Below, one piece after another: positions 8,031 to 16,644 of a DNA stretch of 24,474 nt. Each line of letters opens with the position of its first letter. Positions within the stretch are counted from its first letter, which is position 1. The notes beneath the pieces are model-generated. The model had not been told where the DNA came from. It searched no databases and saw nothing but the letters and a program-made list of their open reading frames with translations. The position numbers and the translations under genes were made by a program. The stretch lies in assembly GCA_046758745.1 (NCBI GenBank), contig JBHIAV010000043.1, positions 1-24,474 on the forward strand, read 5' to 3'. The stretch comes from Gemmatimonadota bacterium (GTDB taxonomy: Bacteria; Gemmatimonadota; Gemmatimonadetes; Palauibacterales; Palauibacteraceae).

Positions 8031-9584
8031 ATGGCCAGAGTGACGATCGCGATCCCGACGCCGCTCCGTCCCTTCGTGGATGGGCGGAGCGAGGTGGAGG
8101 TCGAGGGGCGGACGGTCGCGGAGGCGCTGCAGAGCCTGTTCGACCAGAACGAGCGGCTGCGGGCCCAACTGTACGGGGATGACGGAAGCCTGCGGAACTT
8201 CGTGAACGTATATCTGGATCGGGAAGATATTCGGAACCTCGAGGGCGAGGCGAGCGAGCTGCGGGAGGGCTCTCGGCTCAGCATCGTCCCCTCGATTGCG
8301 GGCGGCACGTCGAAGTCCGTGAGACCGGCGCCTCCCGCCGGCCGCGGGGCGCGCCCGGCCGCGGCACCCCCGTCTCCCGATGCTTCCGGGGCGGCGCCTC
8401 CGGGCGCCACCGAGCCGGCCGCCGGCGCAGGGGGAAACAGCGGGTTCACCCCGGACGAGCTCCGGCGCTACAGCCGCCACCTCACCATGCCGGAGGTGGG
8501 GCTCGAGGGGCAGCGGAGGCTCAAGAACGCCAGCGTTCTCCTCGTCGGGGTGGGGGGCCTTGGTTCGCCTGCCGCGCTGTACCTGGCCGCGGCGGGGGTG
8601 GGTCGCCTGGGGCTCGTCGATTTCGATGTGGTGGAGTTCACCAACCTCCAGAGGCAGGTGCTTCACGACACGCAGTCCGTCGGACGGCCCAAGCTCGAGT
8701 CGGCGCGCCGCCGGATCCAGGGTCTCAACCCCGAGATCCAAGTGGAGGTGCACGAGGCCCGCCTGACCTCCGCCAACGCGCTCGACGTTCTCCGCGGGTA
8801 CGACCTCGTCGTGGACGGGAGCGACAACTTCCCCACCCGCTACCTGGTCAACGACGCCTGTCTCATGCTCGGGATTCCGACCGTGTACGGGGCGATCTTT
8901 CGTTTCGAGGGGCAGGCCTCGGTCTTCGGCGTGCCGGGTGGACCGTGCTATCGGTGCCTCTTCCCCGAGCCGCCGCCGGCCGATCTCGTGCCCAACTGCG
9001 TGGAGGCGGGGGTCCTCGGCGTGCTGCCGGGGATCGTGGGGACGATCCAGGCGGCCGAGGCCGTCAAGCTCATCCTCGGAAGGGGGCAGAGCCTGGCCGG
9101 CCGCCTCCTCCTGGTGGACGCCCTCGCCATGGAGTTCCGTGAGCTGGAGATCCGCCGGGACCCCGAGTGCCCCGTGTGCGGAGAAAGCCCGACCGTCACC
9201 GAGCTCATCGACTACGAGCAGTTCTGCGGCATGGGCGCGAGCGCGGAAGCGGACCGCGAGATCCCCGAGATCGAGGTGGCCCAGCTGAAGGTGCTCCTCG
9301 AGGACGGGGCACCCGTGCAGATCCTCGATGTGCGCGAGCCGTACGAGTGGGAGATCTGCAATCTCGGCCCCCAGGGGGCTCGTCTCATTCCGGAGGGCGA
9401 GCTGGCGGAACGCCTCCGCGAGCTCGATGCCGACGGCCGTCTGGTCGTGCACTGCCGATCCGGGGGACGCAGCCGAAAGGCGGTGGAGTTCCTTCGAGAG
9501 TTCGGGTTCACGAACGCCGTGAACCTGAAAGGCGGGATCCTGGCGTGGGCCCGCGAGATCGATCCCGAGATGAAGGCCTACTAA
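8031..9584 (+). CDS. moeB: Fusion: MoaD/CysO-like ubiquitin-like sulfur carrier + Pro/Ala linker + MoeB/ThiF adenylyltransferase + rhodanese (MoeZ-like)
   Basis: aa 1-92 beta-grasp pattern (IPTPLR...FVNVYL...SIVPSIAGG); RYSRHL, VGVGGLGS, NLQRQ, CYRC and CPVC; C-terminal DVREPYE and CRSGGRS; GAGGAG SD. Confidence 0.95.
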   Translation: MARVTIAIPTPLRPFVDGRSEVEVEGRTVAEALQSLFDQNERLRAQLYGDDGSLRNFVNVYLDREDIRNLEGEASELREGSRLSIVPSIAGGTSKSVRPAPPAGRGARPAAAPPSPDASGAAPPGATEPAAGAGGNSGFTPDELRRYSRHLTMPEVGLEGQRRLKNASVLLVGVGGLGSPAALYLAAAGVGRLGLVDFDVVEFTNLQRQVLHDTQSVGRPKLESARRRIQGLNPEIQVEVHEARLTSANALDVLRGYDLVVDGSDNFPTRYLVNDACLMLGIPTVYGAIFRFEGQASVFGVPGGPCYRCLFPEPPPADLVPNCVEAGVLGVLPGIVGTIQAAEAVKLILGRGQSLAGRLLLVDALAMEFRELEIRRDPECPVCGESPTVTELIDYEQFCGMGASAEADREIPEIEVAQLKVLLEDGAPVQILDVREPYEWEICNLGPQGARLIPEGELAERLRELDADGRLVVHCRSGGRSRKAVEFLREFGFTNAVNLKGGILAWAREIDPEMKAY

Positions 9585-9680
9585 CGGCGCGAGCCGAACG
9601 CCCGAACGACGTGGTCGCCGGCGAGTACCCCGTAGCTCAGCCCGGCTCGCGGAGCGGCGCCACGCCACGCAGGACGTGGA

Positions 9681-9726
9681 ATCGCCCGCCGGCTCGCCCC
9701 ATCGCCGCATCGCCCGCCGGCTCGCC
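9681..9726 (+). repeat. 18-bp direct repeat, 2 copies (ATCGCCCGCCGGCTCGCC)
   Basis: Exact copies at 9681-9698 and 9709-9726 in intergenic DNA. Confidence 0.75.
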
Positions 9727-9756
9727 GACGGAGCGCGAGACCGACGCCGTCCCGCC

Positions 9757-10512
9757 ATGAGCCTCGAGGATCGCTTCTCAGCCTATTCCCGCGACTACGC
9801 CCGCTTTCGGCCCGCCTATCCGCCGCCCCTGTTTGAAGCGCTGGCCCGTGAGACGCCCGCGCGTGTCCTGGCCTGGGACTGCGCCACGGGAAACGGACAG
9901 GCGGCCGTCGGTCTCGCCGGCTGCTTCAAGCGAGTGGTGGCCACCGACGCCAGCCAAGCGCAGATCGCGTGCGCGAGGTCCCATCCGCGCATCGAGTACC
10001 GGGTCGCGCCGGAGGTGGCAAGCGGGCTCGCCAACGGAGCGGCCGACCTCGTCACCGTGGCCCAGGCGCTCCACTGGCTGGACCGTCCGGCCTTCTACGC
10101 CGAGGCGCGGCGCGTGCTGGCGCCCGGCGGGGTCGTGGCGGCCTGGTGCTACGGTCTCGTGCGGATGACGCAGCCGATCGACCGCCTCATCGAGGAGTAC
10201 TACCACGAGACCGTGGGCCGGTACTGGGCGCCGCAGCGGCGGCTGGTCGAGGACGGATACCGGTCGATCGACTTCCCCTTCGAGGAGCTGTCGCTTCCGC
10301 CCTTCGAGATCGAGCGGCCCCTTACGCTCCCCGAGCTCGCCGGCTACGTGCGAACGTGGTCGGCGACCCGCGCCTTCATGGAGAGCGAAGGGTGGGATCC
10401 GGTGGGCGATCTCGAGCGACGGCTGGCGGAAGCGTGGGGGAAGGCGGAGCGCCACCGCGCCGTATGGCCGCTCAGTGTTCGCGCAGGGTGCACCCGCGGG
10501 CCAAGCGGCTGA
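9757..10512 (+). CDS. Class I SAM-dependent methyltransferase
   Basis: MSLEDRFS...YARFRPAYP, WDCATGNGQ motif I, ADLVTVAQALHW, RVLAPGG. Start reassigned from 9676 to 9757. Confidence 0.92.
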   Translation: MSLEDRFSAYSRDYARFRPAYPPPLFEALARETPARVLAWDCATGNGQAAVGLAGCFKRVVATDASQAQIACARSHPRIEYRVAPEVASGLANGAADLVTVAQALHWLDRPAFYAEARRVLAPGGVVAAWCYGLVRMTQPIDRLIEEYYHETVGRYWAPQRRLVEDGYRSIDFPFEELSLPPFEIERPLTLPELAGYVRTWSATRAFMESEGWDPVGDLERRLAEAWGKAERHRAVWPLSVRAGCTRGPSG

Positions 10513-10831
10513 CGGCGTCCGCGCCCACCCCCCTTCGGGAGCAACCGGTGTAGGCGAAGCGGCCGCTCGCGCCGCGCCGGCCCGATCGCCTGAAGCGGCT
10601 CCGACCGCATCCGACCTGTCGACAGCGCCGGGCCGGCGCGTTACGGTATCCGGCGGGACGGGCCGAGGCCCAGCCTTGGAGACGGAAAGCCGACGGTCGA
10701 GTGGCTTCAGGAGGTCATCCATGATCGCGCGACGCCCTTTCGGGGCTTTGCTCGCGACAGGTTGGCACCGTGCCGCGGTGTAGCGGGTTGAAGAAGACGG
10801 AACGGTCCGCGGCTTCATCAGGAGGAAGGAG

Positions 10832-12295
10832 ATGGGACGGATAGCCGCCCGAGCCCGCTCAGGCGGAGTGGTCGGAGGCGGGCTCCTGGCGCTGGGCCTC
10901 GCTGCGTGCGTCACCAACCCTGCGACAGGCGGCCTGCAGCTCTCTCTGATCGGCGAGGGGAGGGAGATCGAGATGGGGCGGGAGGGGGCTGCGCAGGTGG
11001 AGGCCTCCATAGGTCTGTACCAGGACGACGCCCTGCAGGATTACGTCTCCGAAATCGGCCTCCGGATGGCCGCCGTCTCGGAGCGGGCCCACCTTCCCTG
11101 GCGGTTCCGAGTCGTCGAAGATCCCGTGATCAACGCCTTCGCTCTGCCGGGCGGCTTCATCTACGTGGCGCGGGGCATCCTGGCGAACTTCAACTCCGAG
11201 GCGGAGCTCGCCGCCGTGCTCGGCCATGAGATCGGCCACGTGACGGCCCGGCACTCGGTGGAGCAGATCAGCCGCGCGCAGCTCGCTCAGATCGGGTTCG
11301 GCCTGGGATCCATCTTCGCCCCGGAGATCGCCTCCGCCTCCGACTTCGTGGGCCTCGGCCTCAATCTCCTCTTCCTCAAGTACGGCCGCGACGCCGAGCG
11401 TCAATCCGACGAGCTGGGACTCCGGTACATGGGCCGCGTGGGGTACGACAAGCGGGAGATGGTGAGCGTTTTCACCATGCTCGAGCGCACGAGCGAGGCG
11501 CGCGGGGGGAGCTCGATTCCGACGTGGCTGAGCACCCACCCGGACCCGGGAGACCGGCTCGAGCGGACCGCGAGGCTGATCCACGAGTCCGGAGGAATGA
11601 CGGGCGGCATCGTGCGTCGGGAGCAGTACCTGCGGAGGATCGATGGCCTCGTGTTCGGCAAGAACCCGCGCCTCGGCTATTTCCGGGAGGAACTCTTCCT
11701 GCACCCCGAGCTCGAGTTCCAGGTCCGGTTTCCCGATGGCTGGAAGACGCGGAACCTGTCGCAGGCCGTTGTGGGGGTGAGCCCACGGCGGGACGCCCTG
11801 ATCCAGCTCACCATCGAGAGCGCAGACACGCCGGACGACGCAGCGCGGGACTTCTTCTCGCAGAGTGGGGTGGACGGTGGGGTCACTTCGCGGGCGCGGA
11901 TCAACGGCCTGACAGCGGTCTCCGGGGAATTCCGCGCCCGCAGCCAGCAGGGGACGCTTGCCGGTGTGGTGACCTTCGTTCGGCACGGGGGCAACACGTA
12001 CCAGCTGCTCGGATACACCTCCTCCAGGCGGTTCCGGACATTCGAGGGCATCTTTCGCTCCTCCTTCGACAGCTTCGAGCCGCTCACCGATCGGAGCGCG
12101 CTGGCCGTCCGACCCAAGCGCGTCCGCCTCGTCACTCTCGACGAACCGATGACGATCGAACGGTTCGCCGAGCGCTACCCCTCCACCGTATCGCTCGAAA
12201 CACTCGCGCTGATCAACGGCGTGGGGGCGGGTGAGACCCTGCAGGCCGGCCGTACGTACAAGCGCGTGGTCGGCGAAGGAGTGCCGACCCCGTGA
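10832..12295 (+). CDS. M48 family zinc metalloprotease lipoprotein (BepA/YfgC-like) with C-terminal LysM-like segment
   Basis: Lipobox LAAC-VTNPATG, NAFALPGG, HEIGH, ERQSDELG, LSTHP; strong SD (AGGAGGAAGGAG). Confidence 0.93.
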   Translation: MGRIAARARSGGVVGGGLLALGLAACVTNPATGGLQLSLIGEGREIEMGREGAAQVEASIGLYQDDALQDYVSEIGLRMAAVSERAHLPWRFRVVEDPVINAFALPGGFIYVARGILANFNSEAELAAVLGHEIGHVTARHSVEQISRAQLAQIGFGLGSIFAPEIASASDFVGLGLNLLFLKYGRDAERQSDELGLRYMGRVGYDKREMVSVFTMLERTSEARGGSSIPTWLSTHPDPGDRLERTARLIHESGGMTGGIVRREQYLRRIDGLVFGKNPRLGYFREELFLHPELEFQVRFPDGWKTRNLSQAVVGVSPRRDALIQLTIESADTPDDAARDFFSQSGVDGGVTSRARINGLTAVSGEFRARSQQGTLAGVVTFVRHGGNTYQLLGYTSSRRFRTFEGIFRSSFDSFEPLTDRSALAVRPKRVRLVTLDEPMTIERFAERYPSTVSLETLALINGVGAGETLQAGRTYKRVVGEGVPTP

Positions 12296-13362
12296 GGTTC
12301 CGTATCCGCCCGCGGGTGGGCTCGCTGGCCGTGCTCCTCTTGGCGGCTCCCTCACTCGGCACCGGGCATCTCCTCGGCCCCCGGCATCTCCTCGGCGCCC
12401 AGCATTTCGAGGGGGTGGTACGGATGCGCAGCATCACGGTGAGCGTTGAGGCGCTCGAGGACCTCGTCGCCGGCGGGGCCGGACTCGAGCAGGTGCCGGG
12501 TCCACAGCCCCCCTCCCTCGCGGGAGCGCCCGACGAAGGCGCGAGCGACTCCCTCATCGCCGCGTTCGGGGTGAACCCCCGGGCGGCGTTCGACCTTCCC
12601 GTGTCGCGGATCCTCGCCCTGGAGGGAGCCGGCGGCTCCGAGGTCGAAGTCACGGAGTCGCGCCTCTACTTCAAGGGGTCGCGGTTCCGGGCCGACGCCG
12701 GACCGGAGGAAGAGTCCGGTCCGTACATGATCATGGACATCGAGCGCGACGTGATCTGGACGGTCACGCCGGCGCAGGGGCGATACGTGGAGTGGCAGCT
12801 CGCCGACGTGAGTGCGCTGAACGAGTTCTTCCGGCGGCTGCGCGAAGATGAAGCTGAGGGGGAGAAGGCCGAGACGGGCGGGGAGAAGGACGCGGGAGGC
12901 GAGGGAGGAGTACGCGCCGCGGCGGACCGCGGGCCCGCAGGGTCGGCGCGGCTCGAAGTGCGGCCCCTCGATCTGGGCCAGCCGATCAACGGCATCGCGG
13001 CCACCGCCTACGAGGTCGTGGCGCCTGGAGAGATCAGCCGGGCGTGGATCAGCCGAGACTACGAGGATCTCCTCGCCGTGTTTCGGCTGCTCGTCGAGAA
13101 GCGCCGTCAGCTGGACTTCTTCGCGGAAGGGGAGGAGGAGAATCTGCTGGTCCGCATGACGGAGTACGGGCTTCCCGTTCGCGTTCAGACTCTCGACGGC
13201 TGGCGCGCCGACGGCAGCGAGCTCTACCGGATCGAGGAGATCCTCTCGGTGGAGCGTGTCGCCGTGTCCGGCTCCCTGTTCGAGGTGCCCTCCGGCTACC
13301 AGAAGACGAGCCTTCGCGACCTGATGGAGCGACCGCCGGAGCGACCGCCTGAAGGGAGCTGA
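12292..13362 (+). CDS. Exported hypothetical protein, DUF4412-like
   Basis: GTGA overlap with the M48 stop; hydrophobic N-terminal signal; LYFKGSRFR, INGIAATAYEV, AWIS, YGLPV and LFEVPSGYQK pattern. Confidence 0.7.
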   Translation: MRFRIRPRVGSLAVLLLAAPSLGTGHLLGPRHLLGAQHFEGVVRMRSITVSVEALEDLVAGGAGLEQVPGPQPPSLAGAPDEGASDSLIAAFGVNPRAAFDLPVSRILALEGAGGSEVEVTESRLYFKGSRFRADAGPEEESGPYMIMDIERDVIWTVTPAQGRYVEWQLADVSALNEFFRRLREDEAEGEKAETGGEKDAGGEGGVRAAADRGPAGSARLEVRPLDLGQPINGIAATAYEVVAPGEISRAWISRDYEDLLAVFRLLVEKRRQLDFFAEGEEENLLVRMTEYGLPVRVQTLDGWRADGSELYRIEEILSVERVAVSGSLFEVPSGYQKTSLRDLMERPPERPPEGS

Positions 13363-13467
13363 CGCCCCCGGGCCGGGGGTAGTTCCCTGCGTCCAACAGC
13401 ACCGCCCGACGCGGGGCGGCACCGGCCTGCGCGGGGAGGCCATCCCGGTGTCCTGGGGGAGCCGCCG

Positions 13468-13549
13468 GCCCGGCGTCAACCCGCCTGCGCGCCGTGCCCA
13501 GCGTCACCCACCTGCGCCCGCGGCTCGGCGGCGCCCGCCTGCGCCCGGC
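13468..13549 (+). repeat. Degenerate 27-bp tandem repeat, 3 copies (core CCRCCTGCGC)
   Basis: CCTGCGC starts at 13484, 13511 and 13538 (27-nt period), each preceded by GCYCRGCG; a further CCTGCGC at 13426. Confidence 0.65.
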
Positions 13550-13708
13550 GCCCCGCGCCTGTGCGCGAGGCTCACCCCCCGCTGGCGCGCTTCGTGCAGG
13601 TGGCTGCTCCCTCCAGAAACGGTTGATCCGCGAGGGAGCGCGGGGAAAGGCCCATCCCTCGGCATCTCGCCGGAGAGCGTCACGACCCGGGAAGTGAAGG
13701 AGGGACCC

Positions 13709-14341
13709 TTGCAATACGCCAGGAAGATTGGCGCGCTCCTCGCCGCCGCTGCGCTTCTCATCGCACTGCCCAGCGCCGCGACGGCCCAGCATCAGATGCG
13801 GTTCGATGTGGATGGGTGGGGTGGCGTCGCGCTCCCGGCCGGCGCGCTGAACGAAATCGCCGACGTGGGCGCGACGGTCGGCGGCGGGATCGCGTTTCGT
13901 TTCCACCCTCATTTCGCGCTCCGCGGTGACGTCGAGCTCACCTTTCTGACCGAAGTGGAGAGCGCCGGCACCGAAATCTTTGCCGACATGGACCTCATCC
14001 ACTTCAACGGCGGTTTCGAGTTCAACTTCGCCCAGCCCGAAGACCAGGACCAACCGCTCACCTTCTCGATCAATCTCGGCGCCGGGGCCACGCGCATGGA
14101 ATCCGATGCGACGTCTTTCGTCCCCGCGTTCGAGCAGACGTATTTCACGTTGAACGGCGGGACGAGGATCGGATACCAGGTGCACCCGAAGGTGAACATC
14201 TTCGCGCGCGGCACCCTCTACCTCATCCTCGCGGACGAGGATGATACGGCCATTTTCGCCGGGACCCCGCTCCCGGCAGGATTCTTCAGCGAGGGATGGT
14301 CGGTCCCGATCACCGTCGGCGTGAGAGTCTCGGCGCCATAG
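13709..14341 (+). CDS. Outer membrane beta-barrel protein (OmpA/OmpW-like barrel)
   Basis: TTG start after AAGGAGG; signal peptide ...ALPSAATAQ; alternating beta-strand pattern (GGGIAFRF, GGFEFNF, GGTRIGY, VPITVGVRV). Confidence 0.82.
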   Translation: MQYARKIGALLAAAALLIALPSAATAQHQMRFDVDGWGGVALPAGALNEIADVGATVGGGIAFRFHPHFALRGDVELTFLTEVESAGTEIFADMDLIHFNGGFEFNFAQPEDQDQPLTFSINLGAGATRMESDATSFVPAFEQTYFTLNGGTRIGYQVHPKVNIFARGTLYLILADEDDTAIFAGTPLPAGFFSEGWSVPITVGVRVSAP

Positions 14342-14401
14342 CGCGTTGACGAATCCGTCGCCGGTCTTCAAGGGCGGCGGCCGGAGAGCGATGCCGCACC
14401 C

Positions 14402-15205
14402 TTGAGCAGGGCCCGCGGCGGAGAGCGTCGGCTCACCCTCCTGGTGGCGCTCGCCCATCCCGATGACGAAGTCGGCACCGTCGCGGCGATCCTCGCGCAG
14501 CGCGCACGCGGCGACCGAGTCGTCCTCCTGTGGCTCACGCGAGGCGAGATGACCGCAGCGTTCGGCCCCCTCCGAGGCGAGGAGATCATCCGCCGGAGGA
14601 TGGAGCACGGCCGCCAGGCGGGGGAGATCCTCGGCATCGAAACCCGCTTCCTCGACTTCCCCGACACCCGGCTCGTCGCCTCCCCCGAAGCGGCGGCTCG
14701 CGTCGCCCGAGTCATCGCGGAGATCCGCCCCGATGGGGTCCTGACCTGGGGAGAGGCCTGGCAACGGGGGATGCGGCATCCGGACCATCAGGCGTGCGGC
14801 CAGATCGTGCGCGACGCGGTCACCCTGGCGCGCATCAAGAGGGTGGTGGAGCCCCTCGAACCGCACCGCGGGTTCGTGCCCGTCTTCACCTACCGGGGGC
14901 TGTACTCCCGACTGCCTTGCGTCGCGGTCGACGCGGCGCCCCATCGGGAGAAGATTCGCGAGCTCGGCCGCTTCTACATGGGCGAGCTGGAGTTCGGCGA
15001 CCCGGATTGGCTCGACGAGCGTCTGCGCCGCATCGGTGAGCGGTGGGGGCTGGAGTACGCCGAGGAGTTCGACGCGTGGGAGACGGAGCCCGGCCTCGTG
15101 CCGTCGCTGCTACCCGCGACGCCGGTGGGGCTGCGGGAGCATCCGGAGCGTCGAGCCTCCGAAAACCGGCCGGCCGACGGGATCCAAAGGAGGCGGGGGA
15201 GGTAG
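14402..15205 (+). CDS. PIG-L/LmbE family deacetylase
   Basis: AHPDDE, LTRGE, FLDFPD and HPDH motifs; start codon uncertain. Confidence 0.9.
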   Translation: MSRARGGERRLTLLVALAHPDDEVGTVAAILAQRARGDRVVLLWLTRGEMTAAFGPLRGEEIIRRRMEHGRQAGEILGIETRFLDFPDTRLVASPEAAARVARVIAEIRPDGVLTWGEAWQRGMRHPDHQACGQIVRDAVTLARIKRVVEPLEPHRGFVPVFTYRGLYSRLPCVAVDAAPHREKIRELGRFYMGELEFGDPDWLDERLRRIGERWGLEYAEEFDAWETEPGLVPSLLPATPVGLREHPERRASENRPADGIQRRRGR

Positions 15206-15297
15206 CCCGCCTGGCCAACGCCGACCGAGGTGGCCCCTCGCTCGTTCACCTTCTCAGGCTCCCGCTGGAGGAACCCTCCTTAGCCGAGCCGTGTTCA

Positions 15298-15331
15298 TAA
15301 GGTTGACCTTCTATTAGGTAGACCTTATATT
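15298..15331 (+). promoter_or_regulatory. Toxin-antitoxin operon promoter with two palindromic operator boxes
   Basis: TTGACC (15303-15308), 17 bp, TATATT (15326-15331); AAGGT-TG-ACCTT (15299-15310) and AGGT-AG-ACCT (15316-15325), 16-bp period. Confidence 0.8.
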
Positions 15332-15336
15332 AGGGC

Positions 15337-15482
15337 GTGCCGTGCTCCTGTGCGGGGGAATAAAGCTCGATGACAAAAAGTTCTACCGGAGAATGATTCC
15401 CATCGCGGAACGTTTATACGAAACGCTGCTAGAAGAACTCTTAGGCGAGGGATTGATCGATGCCAAAGACGCGAAGCTATGA
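15337..15482 (+). pseudogene. Internally deleted RelE/ParE-superfamily (Gp49/HigB-like) toxin gene
   Basis: Frame 15339-15482 reads AVLLCGGIKLDDKKFYRRMIPIAERLYETLLEELLGEGLIDAKDAKL*, like the C-terminal third of this toxin family; the N-terminal part is missing. Confidence 0.8.
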
Positions 15483-15777
15483 GGAGCTTCGGGCGAGACT
15501 GCCGGCCGACGTGCGCACCCGTGCAGAGGCGGAGGCCCGGAGGATCCTGGCCGACATGCGGCTGGCCGACCTTCGTGCGGCGCTAGAGGTGACGCAGAAG
15601 GAGATCGCAAGGCGGCTCCACAAGAGCCAGTCGGCCGTCTCGCAGATTGAGAACCGGGCGGATATGTATGTCTCCACACTGCGGGAGTACGTGCGGGCCA
15701 TGGGGGGCGAGCTTGAGATTCTTGCGACCTTTCCCGACGCAACCGTCCGCCTGGACCAGTTTCGGCGCGCTCGCTAG
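15460..15777 (+). CDS. XRE-family HTH protein, HigA-like antitoxin
   Basis: LADLRAALEVTQKEIARRLHKSQSAVSQIENRADMYVSTLREYVRAMGGELEILATFP; overlaps the end of the toxin remnant. Confidence 0.9.
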   Translation: MPKTRSYEELRARLPADVRTRAEAEARRILADMRLADLRAALEVTQKEIARRLHKSQSAVSQIENRADMYVSTLREYVRAMGGELEILATFPDATVRLDQFRRAR

Positions 15778-16003
15778 GGTGATGAGGGCGAGGCAGGGTG
15801 TTTTGCCGGCCCACCCTTAACGAACCAGTCACTGTCCTCCTGGCGATCGACCTGCGTGAGGCCGCGCAGGTTCCCTCGCAACATGCGGTCCGGGTTTCCG
15901 GGCCATGGCCCGGCCGGTGCGATCCACGAGCGCCAACAGGGTGTCCTCGACTATCGGAGGTCGGGCGCGAGCCGGTTGGCCCTTACCCGATGGAGCCTTC
16001 CAC

Positions 16004-16044
16004 TTGACGATTTCGATATATCGGTATACTATTCGATATATCGA
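16004..16044 (+). promoter_or_regulatory. Sigma70-type promoter with two CGATATATCG palindromes (probable PadR operators)
   Basis: TTGACG (16004-16009), 17 bp, TACTAT (16027-16032); CGATATATCG at 16014-16023 and 16034-16043. Confidence 0.85.
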
Positions 16045-16080
16045 TTAGGCGCCGCCCGCGCCGGCGGGATAGCCGACCGC

Positions 16081-16166
16081 GGGTCCAAGCCGCCCGGATG
16101 TAGACGGGGGCCGAAGCCGCCCGGATGCGGACCGGGGCCAAGCCGCCCGGATGCCGGATCGGGGCC
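16081..16166 (+). repeat. 26-27 bp tandem repeat, 3 copies (core AAGCCGCCCGGATG), in the 5' UTR
   Basis: The exact 14-mer starts at 16087, 16114 and 16140, each preceded by GGG(G/T)CC. Confidence 0.85.
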
Positions 16167-16215
16167 GCACGCGGCGGCGCGCGGGAGTCCAACCTCCTGG
16201 TCTGGAGCGATGAGT

Positions 16216-16644
16216 ATGTGGTGCGGCAGTCATCGAAACGGGGGTTTCGGCGTGTGGGCCGCCTGCTGCGGCCCGAGCGTCTTCACGTTCGGTCGGGTCG
16301 GCGAGTCGCGGCGGGCGGCCGAGCCGAAGTACGAGATTCTCGAACGCCTGCGCGAGAAGCCGATGACCGGCTACGAGGTGATGGAAGAGCTGGTCCGGGC
16401 CCGCGGCCGGGCCGCCGCGAGCGAGCGGACGGTCTACCCGACCCTGCAGATGCTGGAGGACCTCGGCTACGTCGTCTCCGAAGAGGTGGATGGCCGGCGC
16501 GTCTATCGCATCACCGACGAGGGAGAGGCCTTCCTCGAGCGGAGAGCGCAGGAGACCGAGGAGTCGGAGGACTCGGAAGAGGGCGCGGACGCGTGGGAGC
16601 CGTTGTTGGCGTTCGGGATCGCCTGCTGCCGGGTGGAGCTGTGA
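16216..16644 (+). CDS. PadR family transcriptional regulator, divergent/short copy
   Basis: KYEILERLREKPMTGYEVM...VYPTLQMLEDLGYV...GRRVYRITDEG; GGAG at 16204-16207; start at 16216 or 16210. Confidence 0.85.
   Translation: MWCGSHRNGGFGVWAACCGPSVFTFGRVGESRRAAEPKYEILERLREKPMTGYEVMEELVRARGRAAASERTVYPTLQMLEDLGYVVSEEVDGRRVYRITDEGEAFLERRAQETEESEDSEEGADAWEPLLAFGIACCRVEL

Noticed and set aside
9628-9700. tRNA-like GTAGCTCAG...GAGC stretch
   Set aside because: No TTCGA T-loop, anticodon arm or acceptor stem could be built.
7485-9758. 757-aa minus ORF, and similar long ORFs at 4468-5910, 6292-7671, 10859-12355, 13049-14944 and 20819-22240
   Set aside because: All are antisense shadows of well-supported genes and show no recognisable motifs.
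14339-14402. OMP and PIG-L deacetylase are in the same frame, separated by a single TAG (possible read-through fusion)
   Set aside because: A stop-free 60 nt is expected at this GC content, both proteins look complete, and their likely locations are incompatible.
15778-16003. Possible gene remnant between the antitoxin and the padR promoter
   Set aside because: None of the frames I translated gave a recognisable protein motif.
16081-16166. Possible mini-CRISPR array
   Set aside because: The conserved core is only 14 bp, the intervening 12-13 nt are similar to one another, and there are no cas genes in the window.
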